From assembly GCA_049840735.1 (NCBI GenBank), contig JASGJN010000017.1, positions 64,001-128,000 on the forward strand: a stretch of 64,000 nt of DNA. The letters run 5' to 3'. Shown here one piece after another: positions 55,547 through 64,000 of the stretch (position 1 is the first letter of the stretch; every line of letters starts with the position of its first letter). This DNA comes from Anaeromyxobacter sp. GTDB lineage: Bacteria > Myxococcota > Myxococcia > Myxococcales > Anaeromyxobacteraceae. Under the pieces are notes generated by a model, which saw only the letters and a program-made list of their open reading frames with translations, searched no databases and was not told where the DNA came from. The position numbers and the translations under genes were made by a program.

Positions 55547-57709
55547 GTGGCCGACGCCGTGGCCATCGAGGTGGACGGCGTGGACCTGGCGGCGGGCCAG
55601 GCCGAGGCCCCGCTGCTCCCGTCGCTGGAGGGGCTCCTGCGGGCCGTCTCCCGGGTGCTCTCCGGGGAGCCCAGCGGCGCGGTGGCGCTGGGCGACGGCG
55701 GCCTGGAGCTGATCATCCGCCGCCGCGGGGCAAGCGCGCTCCTGACCGTGGTCCAGCTCGGGCGCCCCTCGCACGTCCTGGCCCGCGACGTCGAGGTGGA
55801 GCTGGAGGCCCTGGCGGCCGCCGCGCTGGAGGCCGCCGCGCAGCTGTGCCGGGAGCTGGCCGAGGCCGTCCCGGGTGGAGCCCACGACGCGCGCCACCTC
55901 CGCGCCGCCGCCCGCGACCTGCGCCGCACCGAGGCCGCCCCGGCCCGGCCCCTACCCGCCGTGGCTACCCGGCGCGGGCCAGCTCCGGCGCTGGGTCGGG
56001 TCGCCTTCTCGATCGAGGTGGATGACCCGGATGGGGTGCTCCAGGGCTACGAGGGCGGGCGGCCGGACCTGGGCTCGCTGCTGCTGCCGGGCCGGCTGGT
56101 GCTGCACGGGCAGGACGGCCGTGAAGGCCTGGAGCTCGCCGGGTTCCCTTTCCTGGCGCTGCGCGACCTGGTGGCTGGGACGGACCGCGCCCTGGCGGCG
56201 GAGCGGCGCGGCGAGCCGGCGGTGGAGCTGCGGCTGGCCCGGCCGCGCCGCGGCGCCGTGCTGGTGCTGCGCCTGGACCTGGCGGCGGCGCGGACCACCG
56301 CGGACGGCCGGCCGCTCGCCTGCGCGCCGCGCGCGCTCCTCCGGGCGGTCTGCGAGGCGGCGCTGGATCTGGGGCGGCTGGCCCGCTCCCGCAACCCGCG
56401 CCAGGCCGAGAACGTCTACCTCACCGAGCTGGAGGCGGCGGCGGCGGAGCGGATGGCGGAGCTGGAGGAGCTGGTGGGCGGGGACATGCCCGCGCCCGGG
56501 CCGGCGCCGGACGCGGCCGTGCCGCCGGCGGCGGCGGTGGCCAGCGCGCCGCTCGGGCCAGGCCGCCTGCGCCGGCTCTCCTTCAAGCGCGTGGGGCTGC
56601 TGGAGGTCGGGCCGCCGGTGGGCGAGGGGCTCTTGCTGACCCGCGGGCGCGTGGTGGCGGCCGGGCAGCAGGCGGTGGCCGCGCTCGACCTGGCCACCGG
56701 CGCCCGGGCCTGGCAGGCGCAGGGCGGGCGGCTGGCGGCCTTCCTGCCTGGCGCGGTCCTGACCGCCGGCGACGGCCGGCTGCGGGCCGTCTCGCTCTCC
56801 ACCGGCCGGCTCCGCTGGGAGCGGCCGGCGCCGGGCGCCGAGCCCCGGGGCGCGGCGGGGCTGCGGCGCGGCCCCTGGGCGCTGGTGGAGCCCGGGGCCG
56901 TCACCGGCCTGGACCCGCGCACCGGGGCCACGCTCTGGCGGTTCGCGGCGCCGGGCGCCTCGCGGCTTTGCGCCTGCGCGTTCGGCGGGGTGCTGGTGGT
57001 GGCCGGCGACACCGGCTTCGTCCATGGCCTGGACGCCGAGGGGCGGCTGGTCTGGCGCGTGCGCGCGCCCGGTCCGGCGCTGGTGGGGCCGCAGCCGGGG
57101 GCCGGCAGCTGCCTGGTGGCCTGCGAGGCCGGGACGGCCGCGGCGCTCCTGGCGCTGGACCCGGCCACCGGCGTCCGGCGGTGGCAGGCGGCGCTGGAGC
57201 TGGCGCCGGCAGGGCCGGTGATGCCATGGGGCGCGCGCCTGGCCGTCCCGGGGACCATCGGCGGCGACGCGGCGGTGGCGCTGGTGGAGCGCTCCGGCGC
57301 GGTGGCCTGGACCGCCCAGCCGGCCCTGGGCGGCGCGCCCGCGCTGGCTGCCACCGGGGCGCTGCCGGCCGGCCCGGAGCGGCCCGCCAGCGGCGCCGGG
57401 CTGCTGGTGGTGCAGGACCGGACCGGCGCGCTGGTGGCCCTGGACGCGACCGGCGCGACCCGCTGGGCGCGGCCGGCGGGCCACGCCAGCCACGCCAGCG
57501 GGCCGCTGCGGGCGGCGCGCGGCACCGTCGTGCTGGGGGGCGAAGGGGTGACCTGCCTGGACGCCGCCACCGGCGAGATCGTGGGCGCCCTCCCCGCCGC
57601 CGCCGCCGCCCGGCTGGTGGTCGATCCGGAGCTGGGCATCGCCGCGCTGGATCTGGACGGCCAGGTGACCGCCTGGCGGCTGGGGCTGCACCTGAGCGTG
57701 GTCGGGTGA
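55547..57709 (+). CDS. PQQ-like beta-propeller protein with unknown N-terminal domain
   Basis: Repeated ALDxxTG..RW blades in the C-terminal half; no signal peptide seen. Confidence 0.75.
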   Translation: MADAVAIEVDGVDLAAGQAEAPLLPSLEGLLRAVSRVLSGEPSGAVALGDGGLELIIRRRGASALLTVVQLGRPSHVLARDVEVELEALAAAALEAAAQLCRELAEAVPGGAHDARHLRAAARDLRRTEAAPARPLPAVATRRGPAPALGRVAFSIEVDDPDGVLQGYEGGRPDLGSLLLPGRLVLHGQDGREGLELAGFPFLALRDLVAGTDRALAAERRGEPAVELRLARPRRGAVLVLRLDLAAARTTADGRPLACAPRALLRAVCEAALDLGRLARSRNPRQAENVYLTELEAAAAERMAELEELVGGDMPAPGPAPDAAVPPAAAVASAPLGPGRLRRLSFKRVGLLEVGPPVGEGLLLTRGRVVAAGQQAVAALDLATGARAWQAQGGRLAAFLPGAVLTAGDGRLRAVSLSTGRLRWERPAPGAEPRGAAGLRRGPWALVEPGAVTGLDPRTGATLWRFAAPGASRLCACAFGGVLVVAGDTGFVHGLDAEGRLVWRVRAPGPALVGPQPGAGSCLVACEAGTAAALLALDPATGVRRWQAALELAPAGPVMPWGARLAVPGTIGGDAAVALVERSGAVAWTAQPALGGAPALAATGALPAGPERPASGAGLLVVQDRTGALVALDATGATRWARPAGHASHASGPLRAARGTVVLGGEGVTCLDAATGEIVGALPAAAAARLVVDPELGIAALDLDGQVTAWRLGLHLSVVG

Positions 57710-57716
57710 TCCGGGC

Positions 57717-58451
57717 CTACACGCCCAGGAACAGCCGCTTGCCGAAGTTCAGCGCCAGGTCGGCGTCGAAGATCTTCTGCGCCGAGGACTCCACGTCATA
57801 GGGGACGCGGTGGAACTCGACGGTCTTGGCGGCGCTGTCGTAGATGACGAAGCCGGCGCGGTTGTCGCAGTCGCGCGGCTGGCCCACCGAGCCGACCGAC
57901 ACGACGTAGCGGTAGCCCTTGCGCAGCGTGAAGCGGGTGGCCAGCACCTCCGCCACCTCGCCGTCCGGGTGGATCGCGAATGACTTGCAGAGGTGGGAGT
58001 GGCCCAGGAAGCTGATCTCCGGGAGCCGCCGGGCGTGGGGCACCAGCTCGCGCGCCTGCTCCAGCGCGAAGACGTACTCGTAGGCCTCCGGATCGACGGG
58101 GCTGCCGTGGCTGAACCCCGCCCCGTCCAGCGCCCGGGCGTAGGGCAGCGAGCGCAGCCACTCCAGGTGGTCCGGCTCGATGCGCGAGGCGGTCCAGTCC
58201 AGCGCGTGCCGGGCGGCGTCGTAGTAGAAGCTGTAGTCCATCCGCCCCGACACGGCGGCGTCGTGGTTGCCCAGCAGCGTGAAGGCGCAGGTCTTCCGGA
58301 TCAGCGCGCAGCACTCGTTGACGCTGGCGCCGTAGCCGACCACGTCACCCAGGCACACGATGGTGTCCGGGCGGTGCCGCTCCAAGGCGGCCAGCACCTC
58401 GGTCAGCGCCTCGATGTTCGAGTGGATGTCCGAGATGATCCCGATGCGCAT
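57717..58451 (-). CDS. Metallophosphoesterase (calcineurin-like)
   Basis: SDIHSN, GDVVGYG, GNHD, HGSP, GHSH, GSVGQPRD. Confidence 0.93.
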   Translation of the reverse strand: MRIGIISDIHSNIEALTEVLAALERHRPDTIVCLGDVVGYGASVNECCALIRKTCAFTLLGNHDAAVSGRMDYSFYYDAARHALDWTASRIEPDHLEWLRSLPYARALDGAGFSHGSPVDPEAYEYVFALEQARELVPHARRLPEISFLGHSHLCKSFAIHPDGEVAEVLATRFTLRKGYRYVVSVGSVGQPRDCDNRAGFVIYDSAAKTVEFHRVPYDVESSAQKIFDADLALNFGKRLFLGV

Positions 58452-58538
58452 GCGGGGCCTGGGCGGCGATGGTAGCCACCGCCGGTACGCCAGGTCAACC
58501 GCCGACGGCCACGGGGGCCGCCGCCGGCGGCTGCCCTC

Positions 58539-59486
58539 TCACGCCCCGGCGGCCGCCAGGACGTCCGCCTCGAGGTCGTCGAAGTGCGCCAGGCGCCGGG
58601 CGTCGGCGAACCGGGCCCTGATCTCACCGGGCGTGAGCGTGCGGAGCCGATCCAGCGAGAACTGCTCGACCGTGAAGCTGGCCAGCACCCCGCCCAGGAC
58701 GATGGCGCGGCGCATGGTGCCGTGGTCCAGCCTCCCACCCCGGGAGGCCAGGTACCCCATGAACCCGCCGGCGAAGGAGTCCCCGGCGCCGGTGGGGTCG
58801 AAGACCGAGGCCAGCGGCATGGCGGCCGCCGCGAAGACCTCGTCGCCGGAGAAGAACAGGGCGCCGTACTCCCCCCGCTTCACCACCACGGCCCGCGGGC
58901 CGAAGGTGAGGATCTTCCGCGCCGCCTTGATGACGTTGTGCTCCCCGGCCAGCTGGCGGGCCTCGGCGTCGTTCACGAAGAGCATGTCCACGCGCTTGAG
59001 CGTCTGGAGCAGGCTCTCGCGCTTGGAGGTGATCCAGAAGTTCATGGTGTCGCAGCCGACGAAGCGCGGGCTCTTCACCTGGTCCAGCACCGCCCGCTGG
59101 AGGTCCGGGTCGATGTTCCCCAGGAACACGAACTCCGAGTCGCGGTAGTGGGCCGGCAGGTCCGGCCTGAAGCTCGCGAACACGTTGAGCTGCGTGTCGA
59201 GCGTATGGGCGGTGTTGAGGTCGAACTCGTAGCGCCCCTTCCAGCGGAAGGTCTGGCCGGGCTGGCGCACCAGGCCGCCCAGGTCGATGCCGCGGGAGCC
59301 CAGGAAGTCGACGTGGGCCTGCGGAAAGTCCTCGCCCACCACCGCCACCACGCGGGTGGGGCCGAAGAAGCTGGCGCAGGTGGAGAAGTAGGAGGCCGAG
59401 CCGCCCAGCACGTCCTCGCGGCGGCCGAACGGGGTCTCGAGCGAGTCCAGGGCCACGGAGCCGACGACGAGGAGGGACATGTCCAC
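58539..59486 (-). CDS. PfkB-family sugar/nucleoside kinase
   Basis: GGSASY, DTMNFWI, DPTGAGDSFAGG. Confidence 0.93.
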   Translation of the reverse strand: MDMSLLVVGSVALDSLETPFGRREDVLGGSASYFSTCASFFGPTRVVAVVGEDFPQAHVDFLGSRGIDLGGLVRQPGQTFRWKGRYEFDLNTAHTLDTQLNVFASFRPDLPAHYRDSEFVFLGNIDPDLQRAVLDQVKSPRFVGCDTMNFWITSKRESLLQTLKRVDMLFVNDAEARQLAGEHNVIKAARKILTFGPRAVVVKRGEYGALFFSGDEVFAAAAMPLASVFDPTGAGDSFAGGFMGYLASRGGRLDHGTMRRAIVLGGVLASFTVEQFSLDRLRTLTPGEIRARFADARRLAHFDDLEADVLAAAGA

Positions 59487-59545
59487 CTTTCCTGGGCGGG
59501 GCGGATGGCCCCGCGCGCCGCGGGGCGGCCTTGGAGCGTTGACGT

Positions 59546-60673
59546 CTAGCGCGCCGGCTGCGGGCCGGTCAACGCTGCAGCGGGCCTGCGGCGCGGATCG
59601 CCCGGGCCGCCCTCGGCGGCCAGCTGGCCGCAGGCGGCGGCGATGTCGCGCCCGCGGTTCTTGCGGACCACCGCGGTCAGGTTGCGCGAGACCAGCAGGT
59701 CGAGGAAGGCCTGCACCCGCTCCGGCGCCGGCGCGGCGAAGCCCAGCCCCGGGTTCTCGTTGTAGGGGATGAGGTTCACCTTGGTCGGGATGCCGCGGGT
59801 GAGCTTCACCAGCCGCTCGGCGTCCTCCAGGCTGTCGTTCACGCCGCCCAGCAGCACGTACTCGAAGGTGATCCGGCGCCCGTTGCGGATGGGGAACTCG
59901 CGGCAGGCCTGGAGCAGCTGCGCCAGCGGGTAGCGCTTGTTGATGGGCATGATGGCGTCGCGCTGCGCGTCGGTGGTGGCGTTGAGCGACACCGCCAGCT
60001 TCACCGGGGTCTCCTCGCCCAGCCGCTTCATCACCGGCACCAGCCCGGAGGTGGAGACCGTGATGTGCCGGTGCGAGAAGTTGGGCCCGTCCTCGGAGAG
60101 GAGCACGTCCAGCGCCGCCTTCAGGCTGCGGTAGTTGGCGAGCGGCTCGCCCATGCCCATGAAGACCAGGTTGGTGAGCGGGCGGTCCCCCTCCCCGTCC
60201 CCCAGCTCCACGATCCGCCGGTTGGCGCGGTGGATCTGGTCCACGATCTCACCCGGCGTCAGGTTGCGCGCCAGCCCCATGGTGCCGGTCATGCAGAAGG
60301 TGCAGCCCACCGCGCAGCCCACCTGCGTGGAGACGCAGAGGGTCTTGCGGTCGGTCTCCGGCATGTAGACCGACTCGATCAGCTTCCCGTCGGCCGTCCG
60401 CCAGGTCCACTTGATGGTGCCGTCGGTCGAGCGCTGCTCGGTGTTGCGGGTGAGCGTGGTCAGGCCGGTGCGGGCCGCCAGCGCGGCGCGCAGGGGCCGC
60501 GACAGGTCGGTCATCTCGTCCAGCGAGGCGGCGCCCTTGCGGTGGAGCCAGCGGAACAGCTGGCGGGCGCGGAACGGCCGCTCCCCCAGGCTGGCCACCA
60601 GCGCCTCCAGCCGCTCCTGCGGGAGCGAGCGCAGGTCGATGACCTCGTCGTGCTTCGGGTCCAGCGTCTCCAT
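59546..60673 (-). CDS. rlmN: 23S rRNA/tRNA m2A methyltransferase RlmN
   Basis: CAVGCTFC, MGMGEP, AACGQL. Confidence 0.97.
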   Translation of the reverse strand: METLDPKHDEVIDLRSLPQERLEALVASLGERPFRARQLFRWLHRKGAASLDEMTDLSRPLRAALAARTGLTTLTRNTEQRSTDGTIKWTWRTADGKLIESVYMPETDRKTLCVSTQVGCAVGCTFCMTGTMGLARNLTPGEIVDQIHRANRRIVELGDGEGDRPLTNLVFMGMGEPLANYRSLKAALDVLLSEDGPNFSHRHITVSTSGLVPVMKRLGEETPVKLAVSLNATTDAQRDAIMPINKRYPLAQLLQACREFPIRNGRRITFEYVLLGGVNDSLEDAERLVKLTRGIPTKVNLIPYNENPGLGFAAPAPERVQAFLDLLVSRNLTAVVRKNRGRDIAAACGQLAAEGGPGDPRRRPAAALTGPQPAR

Positions 60674-60685
60674 GTGGCGGTTCCT

Positions 60686-62035
60686 TTAAGGCGCCGGGGC
60701 CGGCCGCGCGACCCCGGGCTCTTCCGGGGCGCCGGCGCGGCGGGCGATCTCCACCCGCGTCACGCGCCGCTCGTCCCCGGCCCGCACCGTGAAGGTCAGG
60801 CCGTCCCAGGTCAGCAGCTCGCCGACGGCCGGCACCCGGCCGGCGGTGGCGGTGACGAAGCCGCCCAGGGTCTCGAAGTCGCCCTCGGGGAAGTGCACCT
60901 CGGCGGCCGGCGTCCCCTCCGGCGCGGCCTCGTCCAGCCGCTCGTTCAGGTAGGCCTCCAGGTCGTGCAGGGGGACGGCGGCGTCGGCCAGCCAGGCGCC
61001 CCCGGGCACCGCCTTGATCGGCGCGGCCTCCACGTCGGCCTCGTCCTGGATCTCGCCCACGATCTCCTCGATGGCGTCCTCCAGCGTCACCAGGCCGCTG
61101 GTGCCGCCGAACTCGTCCACCACGATGGCGAGGTGCGTGCGCCGCCGCTGCATCTCCTTCAGCAGCCGCGAGACCTTCATCCCCTCCGGCACGAAGAAGG
61201 CCGGCTTCACGTGCCGGTCCAGCACCACCGGCCGCCCGGCCACGACCTCCGGCAGGAGCTCCCGCACCAGCAGGATCCCGGTGACGTTGTCGATCGACCC
61301 CTCGTAGACCGGCATGCGGCTGAAGGGGTTCTCGGTGATGATCTTGAGGAGCGCCGCGGGGCTCAGGGCCCGGTCGATGGCCACCATGCGCGTGCGCGGC
61401 ACCATGATCTCGCGCGCCACGCGGTCGGCGAACTCGAGGACGCTGTTGAGCAGCTCCTCCTTGACCTCGTCGAGCACGCCCTCGCGCGTGCCCATCTCGA
61501 TCAGGTACTCGATCTCCTCGCTGGTCACCGCCGGCGAGGCCTGCTTGCCGCCGAAGCGCCCCACGAACCAGCCGCTGACGTGGGTGACCGCCACCGTGAC
61601 CGGCCAGAGCAGCAGGGTCACGGCCTGCACCACCGGGATGACCGCCACGGCCACGCGCACCGGGTGGCGCTTGCCCACGGTCTTGGGGATGATCTCGCCG
61701 AAGAAGAGGATCACCGCCGTGGTGACGGCGGTGGCGGTGGCCACCGCCGTGGCCTCGCTCCACCCGGCGGCCAGCGCCATGTCGGTGCCCATGGCCGCGG
61801 CCAGGGCGCCCGCCCCGACGTTCACCAGGGTGTTGCCGATGAGGAGCGTCGAGAGCACCCGCTCCGGGTGATCGACCCACAGCGTGAGCAGCCGGGCGCG
61901 CCGGCCGCCGGCGTCGCGCAGCTGCCGCGCCCGGGCGTCGCCCAGCGCGGTCAGCGCCGTCTCCGTCCCCGAGCAGAAGGCGGAGGCGATCGTGAAGACC
62001 ACCGCCAGGACCCAGTACCAGCCCGACACGCCCAA
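60686..62035 (-). CDS. CNNM/HlyC-CorC family protein (DUF21-CBS-CorC)
   Basis: LIGNTLVN, GEIIPK, MVPR, VDEFGGTSGLVTLED. Confidence 0.93.
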   Translation of the reverse strand: MGVSGWYWVLAVVFTIASAFCSGTETALTALGDARARQLRDAGGRRARLLTLWVDHPERVLSTLLIGNTLVNVGAGALAAAMGTDMALAAGWSEATAVATATAVTTAVILFFGEIIPKTVGKRHPVRVAVAVIPVVQAVTLLLWPVTVAVTHVSGWFVGRFGGKQASPAVTSEEIEYLIEMGTREGVLDEVKEELLNSVLEFADRVAREIMVPRTRMVAIDRALSPAALLKIITENPFSRMPVYEGSIDNVTGILLVRELLPEVVAGRPVVLDRHVKPAFFVPEGMKVSRLLKEMQRRRTHLAIVVDEFGGTSGLVTLEDAIEEIVGEIQDEADVEAAPIKAVPGGAWLADAAVPLHDLEAYLNERLDEAAPEGTPAAEVHFPEGDFETLGGFVTATAGRVPAVGELLTWDGLTFTVRAGDERRVTRVEIARRAGAPEEPGVARPAPAP

Positions 62036-62196
62036 GCCGCGAAGCTCCTCTCCGGAAAATGCGAAGCCCGCCCCCGGGAGGGGACGGGCTCCGCCATCTT
62101 AGCCTGAAGGACGGCCGAAGCGGACGTCCGGCCGGGGGATGGACCGCCGCACCAGGACGCAACCCGCCGTCCTGACTGGCGATTCCCCGACCCGGC

Positions 62197-62616
62197 TCAG
62201 CCGATCTCGGTCTCGCGGAAGAAGTACGCGACCTCGATCTTGGCGTTCTCCGGGGAGTCCGAACCGTGGACCGTGTTCTTCTCGATGTTGGTCGCGAACT
62301 CCTTGCGGATGGTCCCGGGGGCCGCCTTGGCCGGGTCGGTCGCGCCCATGATCTCGCGGTTCTTGAGGATGGCGTTCTCACCCTCGAGCACCATCAGCAC
62401 CACCGGGCCGCTGGTCATGAACTCCACCAGGCTGCCGAAGAAGGGGCGGGCCTTGTGGACCGCGTAGAAGCCCTCGGCCTCCGCCCTGGAGAGGCGCTGC
62501 CGGCGGACCGCGACCGGCTTGAGCCCCTGCTCCTCGAACTTGGCGATGACCTTGCCGATGACGTTCTTCTCGACGCCGTCGGGCTTGATGATGGAAAGCG
62601 TGCGCTCGACTGCCAT
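62197..62616 (-). CDS. ndk: Nucleoside diphosphate kinase
   Basis: [23 protein letters not shown]. Confidence 0.97.
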   Translation of the reverse strand: MAVERTLSIIKPDGVEKNVIGKVIAKFEEQGLKPVAVRRQRLSRAEAEGFYAVHKARPFFGSLVEFMTSGPVVLMVLEGENAILKNREIMGATDPAKAAPGTIRKEFATNIEKNTVHGSDSPENAKIEVAYFFRETEIG

Positions 62617-62647
62617 GGTTTGAACCTCCGTTGGAGCTCCGTTTGCG

Positions 62648-62724
62648 TCCGCTCGTGGTGAGCCCTTCGACTCCGCGCCCGCTGCGCGGGCGCTCCGCTC
62701 AGGGCAGGCGGAGTCGAACCACGA
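62648..62724. repeat. Compound REP-like element: copy D (62665-62702, +) nested in an oppositely oriented related copy
   Basis: CTTCGACTCC-GCGCCCGC-TGC-GCGGGCGC-TCCGCTCAG inside tcgtggtgagc...ggagtcgaaccacga. Confidence 0.75.
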
Positions 62725-62729
62725 GGCCG

Positions 62730-63777
62730 TTACCTGCGGCCGCCGGCCGCCTTCTTCTTCGCCTTCGCGCCGCCCCGGCTGGCCGGGGCCGCCTGCTTCG
62801 ACTTCCGGGCGGGCGCCGGCTTCACGCGCGCCGCCGCCTTGGCCGGCTTGGCCGCCTTCCTGGGGGCCGGCGCCAGCTTCTTCTTCTTCGCCGCCGGCCG
62901 GCTGGCCAGCATCTCCTTCATGGCCTGGCCCAGCAGGTGCGGCCCGTCCACCACCCGGATGCCCGCCTCCCGCATGGCCTTCATCTTGGCGTCGGCCGTG
63001 CCGGAGCCGCCCGAGATGACCGCGCCGGCGTGCCCCATCCGCTTGCCGGGCGGGGCGGTGCGACCGGCGATGAAGCCGACCACCGGCTTGGTCAGGTGGT
63101 CGCGGACGAAGGCAGCGCCCTTCTCCTCCTCGCTGCCGCCGATCTCGCCGATCGTCGATCACGGCCTCGGTGGCCGGATCGTCCTGGAACATGCGCAGCA
63201 CGTCGACGAAGTCGGTCCCGTGGACCGGGTCGCCGCCGATGCCGACCGCCGTGGACTGGCCCAGGCCGAGGTCGGTGAGCTGCTTCACCGCCTCGTAGGT
63301 GAGCGTGCCGGAGCGGGAGACCACGCCCACGCGGCCGGGCCGGTGGATGTGGCCGGGCATGATGCCGATCTTGCAGGCCCCGGGCGTGATCACGCCGGGG
63401 CAGTTGGGCCCGATGAGCCGCACGCCGGGGCGCGCCTCCAGCGCCCGGCGCACCCGGACCATGTCCAGCACCGGGATGCCCTCGGTGATGGCCACGATGA
63501 GCCGGACGCCGGCGTCGGCGGCCTCGAGGATGGCGTCGGCCGCGCCCGGCGGCGGCACGAAGATGGCCGCGGCGTCGGCGCCGGTCTCGGCCACCGCCCT
63601 CGCGACGGTGTCGAAGACCGGGACCTTCTCCTGGAAGCGGGTGCCGCCGCGGTTGGGCGTCACGCCCGCCACCACCTGCGTCCCGTACTCCAGCATCTGC
63701 CGGGCGTGGAAGCTGCCGGCGGAGCCGGTGATGCCCTGCACCAGCACGCGCGTCTTGGCGTCGACCAGGATGCTCAC
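62730..63777 (-). CDS. sucD: Succinyl-CoA synthetase alpha subunit with Lys/Ala-rich tail; frameshift at ~63155
   Basis: [30 protein letters not shown]. Confidence 0.95.
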
Positions 63778-64000
63778 GGCTGACCTCCGCTGGTGCCGCG
63801 GGCCGCCTCGACCGCCTTGCGCGCGGCGTCGCCCAGATCGTCGGCGGCGATGATGGCCAGGGTGCTGCCGGCCAGGATCTGCTTGCCCAGCTCGACGTTG
63901 GTGCCTTCCAGCCGGACCACCAGCGGGATGCGCAGCCCCACCTGCCGGGCCGCCGCCACGATGCCGTTGGCGATCACGTCACACTTCATGATGCCGCCGA
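63774..64000 (-). CDS. sucC: Succinyl-CoA synthetase beta subunit, 3' end (partial)
   Basis: [18 protein letters not shown]. Confidence 0.93.
   Translation of the reverse strand, partial: GGIMKCDVIANGIVAAARQVGLRIPLVVRLEGTNVELGKQILAGSTLAIIAADDLGDAARKAVEAARGTSGGQP

Overview
Very GC-rich bacterial DNA. Gene content and order suggest an Anaeromyxobacter-like Myxococcota genome (inference). The first ~27 kb is accessory: two DUF1801 genes, a giant lipoprotein multicopper oxidase with an upstream FNR-type box, secreted and lipoprotein genes, a GH18-like + TPR-like gene pair, a NADAR gene, and an atypical TonB-like/ExbB/ExbD trio. From ~27 kb on, the window is mostly minus-strand core genes: mutT, bamB, yfgM, der, era, two cyclophilins, rnc, meaB, a leucine-degradation cluster, thiC with a divergent CytX-like permease, eno, a degenerate glpX, hom, a HARE-HTH/Mrr-like gene, pfkB, rlmN, a CNNM gene, ndk, sucD and part of sucC. 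No rRNA, tRNA or canonical CRISPR-Cas was seen. Three signals stand out. (1) An insertion between the permease and eno carries an HNH nuclease gene bracketed by inverted and direct copies of one motif, two 50-bp repeats, a structured palindrome and a 22x12-bp G-rich tandem array. (2) A dispersed REP-like hairpin family shows covariation in both stems. (3) Most of the ~17 apparent frameshifts fall on or beside GATC, which suggests DNA modification of GATC causing long-read basecalling errors rather than real pseudogenes.
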